A stretch of 64,000 bases of DNA from an uncultured Oligoflexia bacterium (GTDB lineage: Bacteria; Bdellovibrionota; Bacteriovoracia; Bacteriovoracales; Bacteriovoracaceae). The DNA lies in assembly GCA_913058265.1 (NCBI GenBank), contig CAJXPQ010000007.1, positions 113,933-177,932 on the forward strand. Reading direction: 5' to 3'. Of the stretch, positions 38,959 through 47,519 are shown in pieces. The position numbers and the translations under genes were made by a program. The notes under the pieces are model-generated. The model was given only the letters and a program-made list of their open reading frames with translations. It did no database searches and had not been told where the DNA came from. The first letter of the stretch is position 1. Every line of letters starts with the position of its first letter.

Positions 38959-41596
38959 GAAGTATTGGCGAGTAAATTCTAAGATCGCCTGGAAGAAATT
39001 TCAAAAGCATCAGCATCACCTTATGGGTGTCGTTGCTATTTTTGCAATCGCTTTCGCTTCTCATGGACTCTATAAAAAACTAAGCGATCAATCACACCTC
39101 TCAACATTTACTGAGTGGAAAGTATACCAACAAAATCAAACTGACCGATCTCCTGCCTCAGCAAATACGATGCAATGTAATCTCAACTACGTCGGACTAG
39201 CTCAAGTAAAAGCAGAAATACTTGCTCTAGAAAAAAAGTATGATACCGGTACTGTTTTAGAAGGCGAGCTTTACGGCCTAAACTTTAAGAACTTAAAATC
39301 TATTGGATCACAGCTTGTGGCCGATAATAAGCACCTAATCGGTGATGCCACTGTTGAATATAACTTTGATTCATGTACGGATGTTCCTTGTATTTTAAAT
39401 AAGATTTATCAAGATGAAACACAAATGTCTGGAAATTTTATTTATTATTGGTATCTAAAAACAGGAACAATGATTTCTTCAACAAATATTATTCCTCACC
39501 AAGAATCACCAAAAGCTGGTTTCTACTCAGGAAGAAAGCATAATTATGAAGAATTCCTTTTCACCAAAGAAGAACTACAAAATTTTTATTTTTTAGCTAA
39601 GAGTTTACCCGAAAAATTAACATTTATACCTATCATGAAGTCTTTACATAAAGTTCCAAGAGCAGTACGAATTGAAGGTGCAAAAACGGCATGTTCAGTA
39701 GCTCTTCCCAATGGACAAATACTACTAGAACAAAGATGTTTACCACAAGATCATAAATCATTCTTTGTAAATGTAACAAGAGAAATTGCAAAGTATGTTG
39801 ACCGCCAAGAAGGTTTAAAAAAGAATCTTAGCAGTATCTCATCTTCAAAAAATTGGGTTGAGCAATCAGTTTGGTTTAAAGAAAGTTATTTTAATTCTTA
39901 TAATAAACAATTCCAGTACAGATGGAAATCTGACCTAGGGCAAGAGAACTTTGTAGACAAAAGAGCGATGGTCTCACCTGTTGAGCAGGTCTCATCTCTT
40001 ATTGCTTATTACAGATTTGACCCTGTTAAATTTACCAATAATACTCCTTCAGATATCGCACAATGGATTCAAAGTGAAATCTTTCACAATAAATCATTTG
40101 ATCCTTCTGGACTCTATAGTCAATATATCAATCAAGCTATTGACTCGTGGTCATACCAAGAAGTTGGTATTTGGAAAGACTGTATTGACGAGCATATTGA
40201 TATGGAAAATATTACTTCCACACACAGAGATATTGCTTCTAGTTTAGAGCACCCTCTCTTTAAATGTGTTGAGAGCAAGGTTCCCGCATTCATTAATTAT
40301 GTAAAAAGAAATATTTCAAAAGAAAACTTTGAAGGCTGCCAATTCTTTACTGACTCCAATCAGTACGGACATGTTTCAAAGAAATTTGACGATAGCATCC
40401 AAAGACATTTAGTCGAAAAAGTTTTACAGAGAAAAACAGAAATAAGAAAGCACGGAAATGAAGTTCTCATAGGCCAGCAAATCAAGCAAACATTCATTGA
40501 GAGTGTTGACCCACATGCTGTCTACATAGACTGTTTTTCTTATCCAAACAAAGCTCGATGCTATAAAGAAGAGATGACAACTAAATTATCTTCAATCATT
40601 AGCTCTCACTCAGACATATCTGAGTATTACCAAGGTATTGTAAAAGAAGACATTTTAGGACTCTTCCCTTTTGATAATATAAAAAAAGATACTAACGAGA
40701 TGACGAAGATGTTTCTTGCCCCTTACACGGCAAAACTTCACCAGGCCGCTAATAAAATGTGGGATTCATGTAAATTAGAGGGCATTGATCACTCAGAGCC
40801 ACTTAAGCTTCCTATGACATTTTCTGGTGGACGCCATTTTGTTAATGCTAAACTTATCAATTGTATAAATAGCTCTGTGAAAGATGAGCTTTTCAAGCTT
40901 GCTGAACTTAAAGCTTTCCACAAGATTGGAAATGACTATGTAGAATTCAAACTAAAAGATCAAGAACAAATATTTGCTCTAAGTTTTCTCGAAGGAAGAC
41001 TTCTACAAACATTAAATAATATTCTTGATCGCGAGTACTCATCAGAGCGAGTAAGACTCGAAGATTACTTCAATACAACAAAAACAAATGCGCTTGCTAA
41101 CTTCACTAAAGATAAAAAGTACTTCACAGATATCTTCTCTTTTGATCAAGTTAGCAATATGTGTAACGACGATATTAAAAAACTTTATCCTGAAAACTAC
41201 TTCTATCACTCAAAATCAGAAGTTGATAATAAGTACGGAAGAACAATTTGTTCAACCTTCACTGGCCTTCCAGATGTTAAGCAACGTCTCTCTGCCCAAG
41301 TTCGTGATCAATGGTTAAAAAACAGAAAAGTTGCCAAGAGCTACCTTGAAGAAAATTTTCAAGAATATGTGGATGACTGTAATGATGAGTATTCATCAGA
41401 TAGAAATTCTAGACGTTACTCTAAAGATAGACGACTTAGAAAAATATGTATTGAAGAATCATATGGGCAGGCCCTTTCAGATTCAATTGAGATGTGGCGT
41501 GATCATGAGCACTATGACTTCTTCGCTCAAAAAGAGAATGAACTCGTAAATTACTTCTATGGTCAAAAATCTCAAATCGTTAGAAAATCACTATAA
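38948..41596 (+). CDS. Large membrane-anchored, Cys-rich extracytoplasmic protein, hypothetical
   Basis: This 882-aa protein has an N-terminal anchor (LMGVVAIFAIAFASHGL). I counted 16 Cys spread through the extracytoplasmic part. No motif was recognised. Confidence 0.6.
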   Translation: MWSKKYWRVNSKIAWKKFQKHQHHLMGVVAIFAIAFASHGLYKKLSDQSHLSTFTEWKVYQQNQTDRSPASANTMQCNLNYVGLAQVKAEILALEKKYDTGTVLEGELYGLNFKNLKSIGSQLVADNKHLIGDATVEYNFDSCTDVPCILNKIYQDETQMSGNFIYYWYLKTGTMISSTNIIPHQESPKAGFYSGRKHNYEEFLFTKEELQNFYFLAKSLPEKLTFIPIMKSLHKVPRAVRIEGAKTACSVALPNGQILLEQRCLPQDHKSFFVNVTREIAKYVDRQEGLKKNLSSISSSKNWVEQSVWFKESYFNSYNKQFQYRWKSDLGQENFVDKRAMVSPVEQVSSLIAYYRFDPVKFTNNTPSDIAQWIQSEIFHNKSFDPSGLYSQYINQAIDSWSYQEVGIWKDCIDEHIDMENITSTHRDIASSLEHPLFKCVESKVPAFINYVKRNISKENFEGCQFFTDSNQYGHVSKKFDDSIQRHLVEKVLQRKTEIRKHGNEVLIGQQIKQTFIESVDPHAVYIDCFSYPNKARCYKEEMTTKLSSIISSHSDISEYYQGIVKEDILGLFPFDNIKKDTNEMTKMFLAPYTAKLHQAANKMWDSCKLEGIDHSEPLKLPMTFSGGRHFVNAKLINCINSSVKDELFKLAELKAFHKIGNDYVEFKLKDQEQIFALSFLEGRLLQTLNNILDREYSSERVRLEDYFNTTKTNALANFTKDKKYFTDIFSFDQVSNMCNDDIKKLYPENYFYHSKSEVDNKYGRTICSTFTGLPDVKQRLSAQVRDQWLKNRKVAKSYLEENFQEYVDDCNDEYSSDRNSRRYSKDRRLRKICIEESYGQALSDSIEMWRDHEHYDFFAQKENELVNYFYGQKSQIVRKSL

Positions 41597-41604
41597 AATA
41601 AAGT

Positions 41605-41630
41605 AAAAAAAAGCCTGGGTTTCCCCAGGC
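41605..41630 (-). terminator. Rho-independent terminator of the porin-like gene
   Basis: GCCTGGG-TTTC-CCCAGGC forms a 7-bp GC-rich stem (41613-41630). On the minus strand it is followed by an 8-U tract (A-tract 41605-41612 on plus). Confidence 0.7.
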
Positions 41631-41678
41631 CATATCGATCATCAAGTGATCTATTCAAACATCCTATTTGAATTCAAA

Positions 41679-42842
41679 TTAAAACTTGTAAGTCATAGAA
41701 ACTCTAGACATTAAAATGTCTGACCTAAGAGCTCCAGCCCCACCAGAAGTGTCATTACCGATTGAATCAGTACTATCACCGTCAGTCGTTTCTTCAACTC
41801 TAGAAGAGTTACCAATCATACCGTCAAACGAAAGGTCACCGAACACTAAAGTTGCACCAGCAGCTACAACAGTTGAATTAGCAATTGTCGCTTTATCACC
41901 GTCATCATCCTCATAAGTTCCCATAACATTACTTGTTACAGATCCTCTAAGAGTTAACCACTCTTTTGCCATTACTTCTAAAGCAATTGAAACAGGAAGA
42001 AATGTAAGTTTGTTTTCACCTGCAGCCGTACCAGCAGTAACGCCAGCTTTGTTTGCACAAACAGCATCAAATGTTGCAGCATCACACTCATAAGTGTTCA
42101 TATTGTATTCAGCTGAAGCCCACATTGTTGCCTTGTCATTTAATTTGTATGTCTTAGCGACTGCAACTTTAGTTTCGCTTCCTTTGATTTCATCACCGTC
42201 TTCGTCTTCTACAGCAGCAGTTTTAACTTTTACCATATAATCAACATCACCTTGACCATATGTAATACCGATATCCATTGATCCTTTACCTTCAGTTTCA
42301 CCACCAGCATCATCTTCAGACTTATTACCTAGACCAAAATCAAGAAAACCTTCGATATCTCCAGAGATAATCCCAAGTCTAATTCCCATTGAACTCGCAG
42401 AATCATCATTTGTTCCTTGCTCATTCTCATAATCTTCATAAGAGAGTCTTGCTCCCCATTGAACACCAGCATCTCCAGCAACAAAAAGATCTGTAGTATT
42501 TGACTCTGTTTGTGTCGATTTGTTTGCTCGTGCAATGTTTGAAAGGTTTGACTCATTACCAAAGTAGATTCCGTAAACCATATTTCCAGCAGCTTTAAAT
42601 AATCCACCTTCTGCTCTTGGAGTTGAAGCTTGATCACCAGTCTCTGATGTATCTCCCCACTCCAGAGTTACGAAATCTTTGTGGTAGTTAAGTACCGCAG
42701 GATTCATCATAACATTTCTTGAATCGTCTAAGAACATTGACCCTTCTCCGTCTTGTCCTAATGCTTCTAATCTTGCCTTAGAAGCTAATGCTCCTGTAGA
42801 AAGAACTGCTAATCCAATAGCAAGTGCAATTTGTTTTTTCAT
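41679..42842 (-). CDS. Outer-membrane beta-barrel, porin-like, acidic
   Basis: The signal peptide is MKKQIALAIGLAVLSTGALA. Alternating amphipathic strands and D/E/G/T-rich loops lead to a C-terminal ...MTYKF, a beta-barrel assembly signature. Confidence 0.65.
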   Translation of the reverse strand: MKKQIALAIGLAVLSTGALASKARLEALGQDGEGSMFLDDSRNVMMNPAVLNYHKDFVTLEWGDTSETGDQASTPRAEGGLFKAAGNMVYGIYFGNESNLSNIARANKSTQTESNTTDLFVAGDAGVQWGARLSYEDYENEQGTNDDSASSMGIRLGIISGDIEGFLDFGLGNKSEDDAGGETEGKGSMDIGITYGQGDVDYMVKVKTAAVEDEDGDEIKGSETKVAVAKTYKLNDKATMWASAEYNMNTYECDAATFDAVCANKAGVTAGTAAGENKLTFLPVSIALEVMAKEWLTLRGSVTSNVMGTYEDDDGDKATIANSTVVAAGATLVFGDLSFDGMIGNSSRVEETTDGDSTDSIGNDTSGGAGALRSDILMSRVSMTYKF

Positions 42843-42942
42843 TGAAAATCTCCTTGTTTATCTCTTATTGTATAAGAGGCAACTTTATTCAGTTAAAACT
42901 CATGTCTTTAATTACTTATCTAAATTAGAATTTTTTGAGTGA

Positions 42943-42957
42943 AGTTTGTCAAACTTG
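42943..42957. promoter_or_regulatory. Perfect 15-bp palindrome, candidate operator
   Basis: AAGTTTG-T-CAAACTT lies ~100 nt upstream of the porin-like ATG. It overlaps a TTGTCA hexamer on the plus strand. Confidence 0.3.
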
Positions 42958-42983
42958 TTTGGTTAAATTTAGAGTATTATTTA

Positions 42984-43130
42984 CGCGCAGCAACCGCCCC
43001 TATCAAACAAAACATGTGTGTTAACAACGACAAAACGCGAAGAAGACCTACAGTGGCTTCGCAAGAAACATTTGCCCCGACGGGAAAGCCATTGTACACG
43101 ATAAGCGTTGTTTTTTTGACGCGTTTTCTG
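42984..43130 (+). ncRNA. Candidate structured RNA (GC-rich island); strand and ends uncertain
   Basis: I counted 73 G+C in 42981-43140 (~46%) versus ~23% in the preceding 100 nt. There is a possible promoter (TTGTCA, 18 nt, TAGAGT at 42947-42976) and a weak hairpin plus U-tract at 43106-43130. Helices are listed in the corresponding finding. Confidence 0.25.
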
Positions 43131-43315
43131 TGCAAATACATTAAGTTTACTTCTTAGATTTTTAATAGAAAACTCATTTAATTAGCTATAAATGTGTTTT
43201 TTTATTTCCCTTTTCTAAAAAAATAAATACACTTACTATATAGAAAACTAATTAACTTTATTTAAGTTAACTTTAATAACAAAAAATTGTTTAACAAAAA
43301 CAAAGGATGTAAAAC

Positions 43316-43921
43316 ATGAAAAATTTATTAGTAGGAATTTTAGCACTTACGACTGCTACAGCAGCATTTGCTGACGGTCACTCAATGATTAAATTAGACG
43401 GTTGTCTTGATGACGGTAGATGTTCTAACTTAGACTTCAACATGGGTGGAGATGATACTGAAGATGCAGAAGCTGCTAATCAAACTATCGCTCTTAACTA
43501 CGCAATGGCATTTGCTGGTAACTATGGTGCTGGTATCACTTATGTTCAAGCTTCTGAAACAGCTGACGGAGATATTTCTGATGCAAACCAATCAGACAAC
43601 TTCAATACAATTGGATTATCTTTTTACTGGAACAAAGATGGATCATGGTCTAAATCTTGTTTCGCTGCTCTACACCACATGACAACTACTTACTCTGAAA
43701 GTGATCAAACAGACACTACTGGTAACGACGTTATGACTGATATCTCTTTAGAGTATGGTCACAGATATGCACTAGGTTCAGCAATGATGGGTGTAACTAT
43801 GAACTGGGTACCTTCAGTTTCTTACCACATGACTAAGACTTCAAAGCAAGATGAAGATGCTGATGATATTAACTCAACTGAGTTAAGATTAAACGTAGCT
43901 AATTTCGCAGCAACTTTCTAA
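43316..43921 (+). CDS. Small outer-membrane beta-barrel protein
   Basis: The signal peptide is MKNLLVGILALTTATAAFA. The protein is 201 aa, acidic, and ends ...NFAATF. Confidence 0.6.
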   Translation: MKNLLVGILALTTATAAFADGHSMIKLDGCLDDGRCSNLDFNMGGDDTEDAEAANQTIALNYAMAFAGNYGAGITYVQASETADGDISDANQSDNFNTIGLSFYWNKDGSWSKSCFAALHHMTTTYSESDQTDTTGNDVMTDISLEYGHRYALGSAMMGVTMNWVPSVSYHMTKTSKQDEDADDINSTELRLNVANFAATF

Positions 43922-43949
43922 TTTAAATTTTATTTAAATAAGATATTAA

Positions 43950-43978
43950 GGGGTCGCATTTATGCGGCCCTTTTTTTT
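43950..43978 (+). terminator. Rho-independent terminator
   Basis: GGGUCGCA-UUUA-UGCGGCCC forms an 8-bp stem followed by UUUUUUUU. The T-tract overlaps the stop of the convergent minus-strand gene. Confidence 0.75.
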
Positions 43979-44456
43979 ACCAAAGTTCCTTAATCTCAAT
44001 CGCCAAAGCTGTATTTTTTTTATTCAAACTAATATCCACTTCATCACTACAAAAATAAGGCTCGTTATTAGACGGCCAACGGTTTTTATTTATATCGATG
44101 AAGGTAATAACCGTATAATTGCCAGAGACTATGTCACGTAGATCCTCAGTTCCTTCACCGTTAGTGTAACTCTTAACAGAAGCAGTACAGATATCATCTT
44201 CGCAATCTATATTAGAGCCTCCTATGGCAAGCACAGGACTAAACTCACTGAAGTTATTGCAATAAGCAGTTGTATAAATTGTTATAAGAGTAAAATTTTC
44301 TGCTGATTCATTCACACACTTCATAGGCGTGATACATGTGACCTCTATATTTCTTAAATATGAGAGAGAGGTTGCGCGAGAATCATCACCATCAGGTGGC
44401 GTGATCAAACAGGACGTCAGTAAGTAAGAAACAAGAAGTAATTTTATTAGCATCAT
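43977..44456 (-). CDS. Lipoprotein, hypothetical, Cys-rich
   Basis: It has a lipobox (LLTSC), and AAGGAGAAG lies upstream of the ATG. No family was recognised. Confidence 0.5.
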   Translation of the reverse strand: MMLIKLLLVSYLLTSCLITPPDGDDSRATSLSYLRNIEVTCITPMKCVNESAENFTLITIYTTAYCNNFSEFSPVLAIGGSNIDCEDDICTASVKSYTNGEGTEDLRDIVSGNYTVITFIDINKNRWPSNNEPYFCSDEVDISLNKKNTALAIEIKELW

Positions 44457-44650
44457 AAACTTCTCCTTAGAGGAGTGGGGTGATCAAAAGAATCAGAACA
44501 GATATGATATAAAGTGAAATCTTCTTACATTTGAAATTGTTTCGTGACAGGCCAGTTTAAAATAACCTAGAATTTCAGTACAGCTTTAGTTAACCACGGA
44601 AGGTGCTTTTTGGGCAGGGATGCCTACCTTTTTTCTTACTAGTTTTTTAA

Positions 44651-45775
44651 CTAGAAATTACTTTTCATTATAGCATAATAAGCGCGAGAAAAATACTTAA
44701 AATCGTTCGAATCCCCCTTGTCTATTGGTGATGCGTGCCCACAAAACTTTACATGTTCCGATTGTAAGTCACTAAAAAGAGTGTCATCTACCCCTGTAAT
44801 ATCAAATTCATCAGAAAAACGTATCATTTGATCAACATTCTCCTCAGTGAATTCTGGTAGCACACGCTCAATAACTCTTCTCATGAGCTTAATCTTCTTT
44901 GCTAGGTCTTCTTCTTGAACATCGTCTTCTGATAAGAAAGTTACTGCTGTAAGCTCCTGAGTCGAATTTGTGGGGTTAAAAGGCTCAATATCTAATAGGA
45001 AGCTTCCCCATTCGTGAGTCATACTCTGTGGGATAATAAGACTTCCACTTTCTGGATACACTTCAGCTTTTGCTTTAAAATGAACAGCGATGGCGGAATG
45101 GTTCTCTATAGTTACACAGAACTTCTGAACGCTTTCTGGCAAACTATCTTTATTTGAAACGAGATTGAAAAATTTCTTAGGTGATTCACAGAAATAAAGA
45201 TTCTCGCAGGTAAAATTTTCATAATCACCGGTGTGTACTTTAAAATTTGTTTGATCAGCAAGATCTGTGTTCTCAATCATCTCAATACTTTTAATTAGCT
45301 TATGAGTTTGATTCTCAGACATAAGTTGATCAAAATTTTCTCTCTGTTCCGCTTTTAAAATTGCATTGGAATTAAAATTAAAATACGGAGCGATAAAAAA
45401 CTCTTCATTTGATTTGATATCGTGAGGTTTTGCTCTTCCACCGAATGGTTGAAACTTTGTATCTTTATAGAATTTAACTTTTGTTTGAGAGGGAGTTATT
45501 TCTAAGCTAGCATTAAGTCCATTTAGTTCATCGGCCACCGCTTGAGATCTGATTGAGTTAAGAGAAGTCTTCAGTTCATTCTCAAAGTCTTCTTTAAGGT
45601 AGGAATTATTTGTAATGAGTTTCACTTCACCTGGGTATTTTTCATTTAATTTTAAAAAAGTGAGAACACCATAAATATTTTCACCGTAAACAATATGCTT
45701 ACAATATTTTGTTGTCTCTATATGATCTTCTTGATTATGTGTTTTCTTTAAGGATCTTAAATCAAAACCGGACAT
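44651..45775 (-). CDS. Hypothetical cytoplasmic protein, possibly a degenerate FAD/NAD(P) Rossmann (amine-oxidase-like) fold
   Basis: The N-terminal HIVYGENIYGVLTFLKL sits where a GxGxxG dinucleotide motif would be, but the second Gly is missing. This assignment is weak. Confidence 0.45.
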   Translation of the reverse strand: MSGFDLRSLKKTHNQEDHIETTKYCKHIVYGENIYGVLTFLKLNEKYPGEVKLITNNSYLKEDFENELKTSLNSIRSQAVADELNGLNASLEITPSQTKVKFYKDTKFQPFGGRAKPHDIKSNEEFFIAPYFNFNSNAILKAEQRENFDQLMSENQTHKLIKSIEMIENTDLADQTNFKVHTGDYENFTCENLYFCESPKKFFNLVSNKDSLPESVQKFCVTIENHSAIAVHFKAKAEVYPESGSLIIPQSMTHEWGSFLLDIEPFNPTNSTQELTAVTFLSEDDVQEEDLAKKIKLMRRVIERVLPEFTEENVDQMIRFSDEFDITGVDDTLFSDLQSEHVKFCGHASPIDKGDSNDFKYFSRAYYAIMKSNF

Positions 45776-45884
45776 GAAACTCTCCTATCTAAGGCCCTAT
45801 CATATCCTATGACAGAGCTGATAGAAATAAATTTTTCATATAAACCAGAACTTTTTGAAGCTTTATGACGCAAGGTACTTTAAA

Positions 45885-47378
45885 TTATCTAATTGCTAAT
45901 TTATCACCTGGTAAAATCATTCTCTTTTTAACAAGTCTGTAGTTGGATCTAATAATAGTGTTGATATTGACACCAGTCGTTCGTGCAATATTCCAAAGTG
46001 TATCGCCTTTTTTAACAGTGTAAAATTGAGAAGGGGATCCAATGTTTTTCCCATTCCTTTTCCCTCTTTTAATCCATTTTTGATAAGCTCTTCTACGCAA
46101 GATACTCTTACGAGGCTTTTCATAAAGATCTGAGTAAAGTCTATTATCTTTTTGAGTATGATCATCTCTAAAAGGCAGTAAGACAGTCGTTTTTGGATAA
46201 AGCTTTTTATTTTCGGCGATACCATTGAGATCTGTCAGAGTTTTTAGGGGGACTTTGAACTTACGACTAACATTATAAAGGCTTGCATATCCTCTAAGAG
46301 AGTACTGCTTATAGTTTGTTGCTAATATATTTATATCATTGCGCTTTTCTTCCCAAACATCTTTTTTTCCTACTGGAACTCTCAATGTATAAGACTCACC
46401 TTTAGGTGGAGTTTGCCATCTCAAGATTTCTGGATTGTATTTTTTTACCGACTCAAAGCTTTCATCGATGACTTCTCCGACTTTATATAGGTCAGTATTA
46501 GCAGGAACTTGAATTTCTTCGAAGTCTAACGCTCTTTTAAACTCAACATTCGTAAATCCAAACTTAGATAAGTTTTTCCCTATGATCGCCAAGGCCATAA
46601 TTTTTGGAACGTAGTTTTTAGTCTCAGCGCGAAGATATCTTCCTTTTCTAATTTTCCAAAAGTCCTTTGTTTTATATCTTCTGATTGCTCTTGAAACCTT
46701 CCCCTCACCAGCATTATAGCTGGCCATAGCAAGTTCCCACGAACCAAACATTCCATATAGTTTTCTTAGATAGTCTGATGCTGCTACAGTTGCTTTTAAA
46801 GGATCTCGTCTTTCATCAAGATAGAATCCAACATCAAGTCCAAATCTCGTACCTGTCTTCGGCATGAATTGCCAAGGACCCACGGCCTTTGCCCATGAAC
46901 GAGCATGATTTTGAAAACCACTCTCGGCCATTGATAAATAGATAAGATCTCTTGGCATACCTTCATCATTTAAAATTTTAGAAAGTACTGGAGCATATCT
47001 TCCTGCCCGCTCAGCATACCTTTGAAAATGCTTGCCACCTCTATCACCAGAGAAGTACTTAATCCATTTTTTTACCGCAGCATTATAAACAACAGGAATA
47101 TCGTAATAATAATTTGTGAGGTTTAAGTGTTCAGCTCCATAGAGAAAATAGATTTTCTTACCAGATTTTTTAAGATCTGCATCGCCGATACTTCCAATAA
47201 TACAATCATCACAATTAGGAGAATTTTTATCAATAAGATGAGTCTGCACTCTCGCTTTGGCTTCTACTTCTGGTTCACTTTGATTTTGATCATCGCCCAC
47301 CTTAAAGCCTGCACATGATGTAAACAATAATGCTAATAGTATTGATAAAGATATTTTCGACTTAAACTTAAACACCAA
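45885..47378 (-). CDS. Membrane-bound lytic murein transglycosylase with LysM (MltD-like)
   Basis: It has a lipobox (LFTSC), the SLT catalytic region SMAESGF...GPWQFM and a C-terminal LysM domain (YTVKKGDTLWNIA). Confidence 0.85.
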   Translation of the reverse strand: MVFKFKSKISLSILLALLFTSCAGFKVGDDQNQSEPEVEAKARVQTHLIDKNSPNCDDCIIGSIGDADLKKSGKKIYFLYGAEHLNLTNYYYDIPVVYNAAVKKWIKYFSGDRGGKHFQRYAERAGRYAPVLSKILNDEGMPRDLIYLSMAESGFQNHARSWAKAVGPWQFMPKTGTRFGLDVGFYLDERRDPLKATVAASDYLRKLYGMFGSWELAMASYNAGEGKVSRAIRRYKTKDFWKIRKGRYLRAETKNYVPKIMALAIIGKNLSKFGFTNVEFKRALDFEEIQVPANTDLYKVGEVIDESFESVKKYNPEILRWQTPPKGESYTLRVPVGKKDVWEEKRNDINILATNYKQYSLRGYASLYNVSRKFKVPLKTLTDLNGIAENKKLYPKTTVLLPFRDDHTQKDNRLYSDLYEKPRKSILRRRAYQKWIKRGKRNGKNIGSPSQFYTVKKGDTLWNIARTTGVNINTIIRSNYRLVKKRMILPGDKLAIR

Positions 47379-47519
47379 AACTCTCCTAGTCTTATAAACT
47401 CAATTCGTCCGTCCATAAGCGAATTCACTTTCTTAATTATAACTTATTTTCAGTTACTACTTAGAACAGAAAAATCTACCCTAATGTAAATTCAAACACT
47501 TAAGCCTATAATATTTACT

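Noticed and set aside
43052-43095. Partial resemblance to known riboswitch cores: GCCACUG (the cobalamin-type box) on the minus strand, and GGGCAAA...GCGAAGCC, which resembles c-di-GMP-I
   Set aside because: The remaining conserved elements are absent. There is no GGGAA/GGUG..AA..CC or B12 box, and no GNRA hairpin between the two GEMM-like strings. I therefore do not call either family.
42939-43157. 72-aa GTG-start ORF spanning the GC-rich intergenic island
   Set aside because: It has no Shine-Dalgarno sequence and an odd composition (an RRRP run and Cys scattered in an F/L-rich tail). The region is better explained by RNA-like helices, so it is kept only as a caveat to the ncRNA hypothesis.
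45790-45830. CTATCA...TGATAG 6-bp inverted repeat between the MltD-like gene and the downstream orphan
   Set aside because: The arms are short with a 16-nt loop and no U-tract, so it is not distinguishable from chance in AT-rich DNA.
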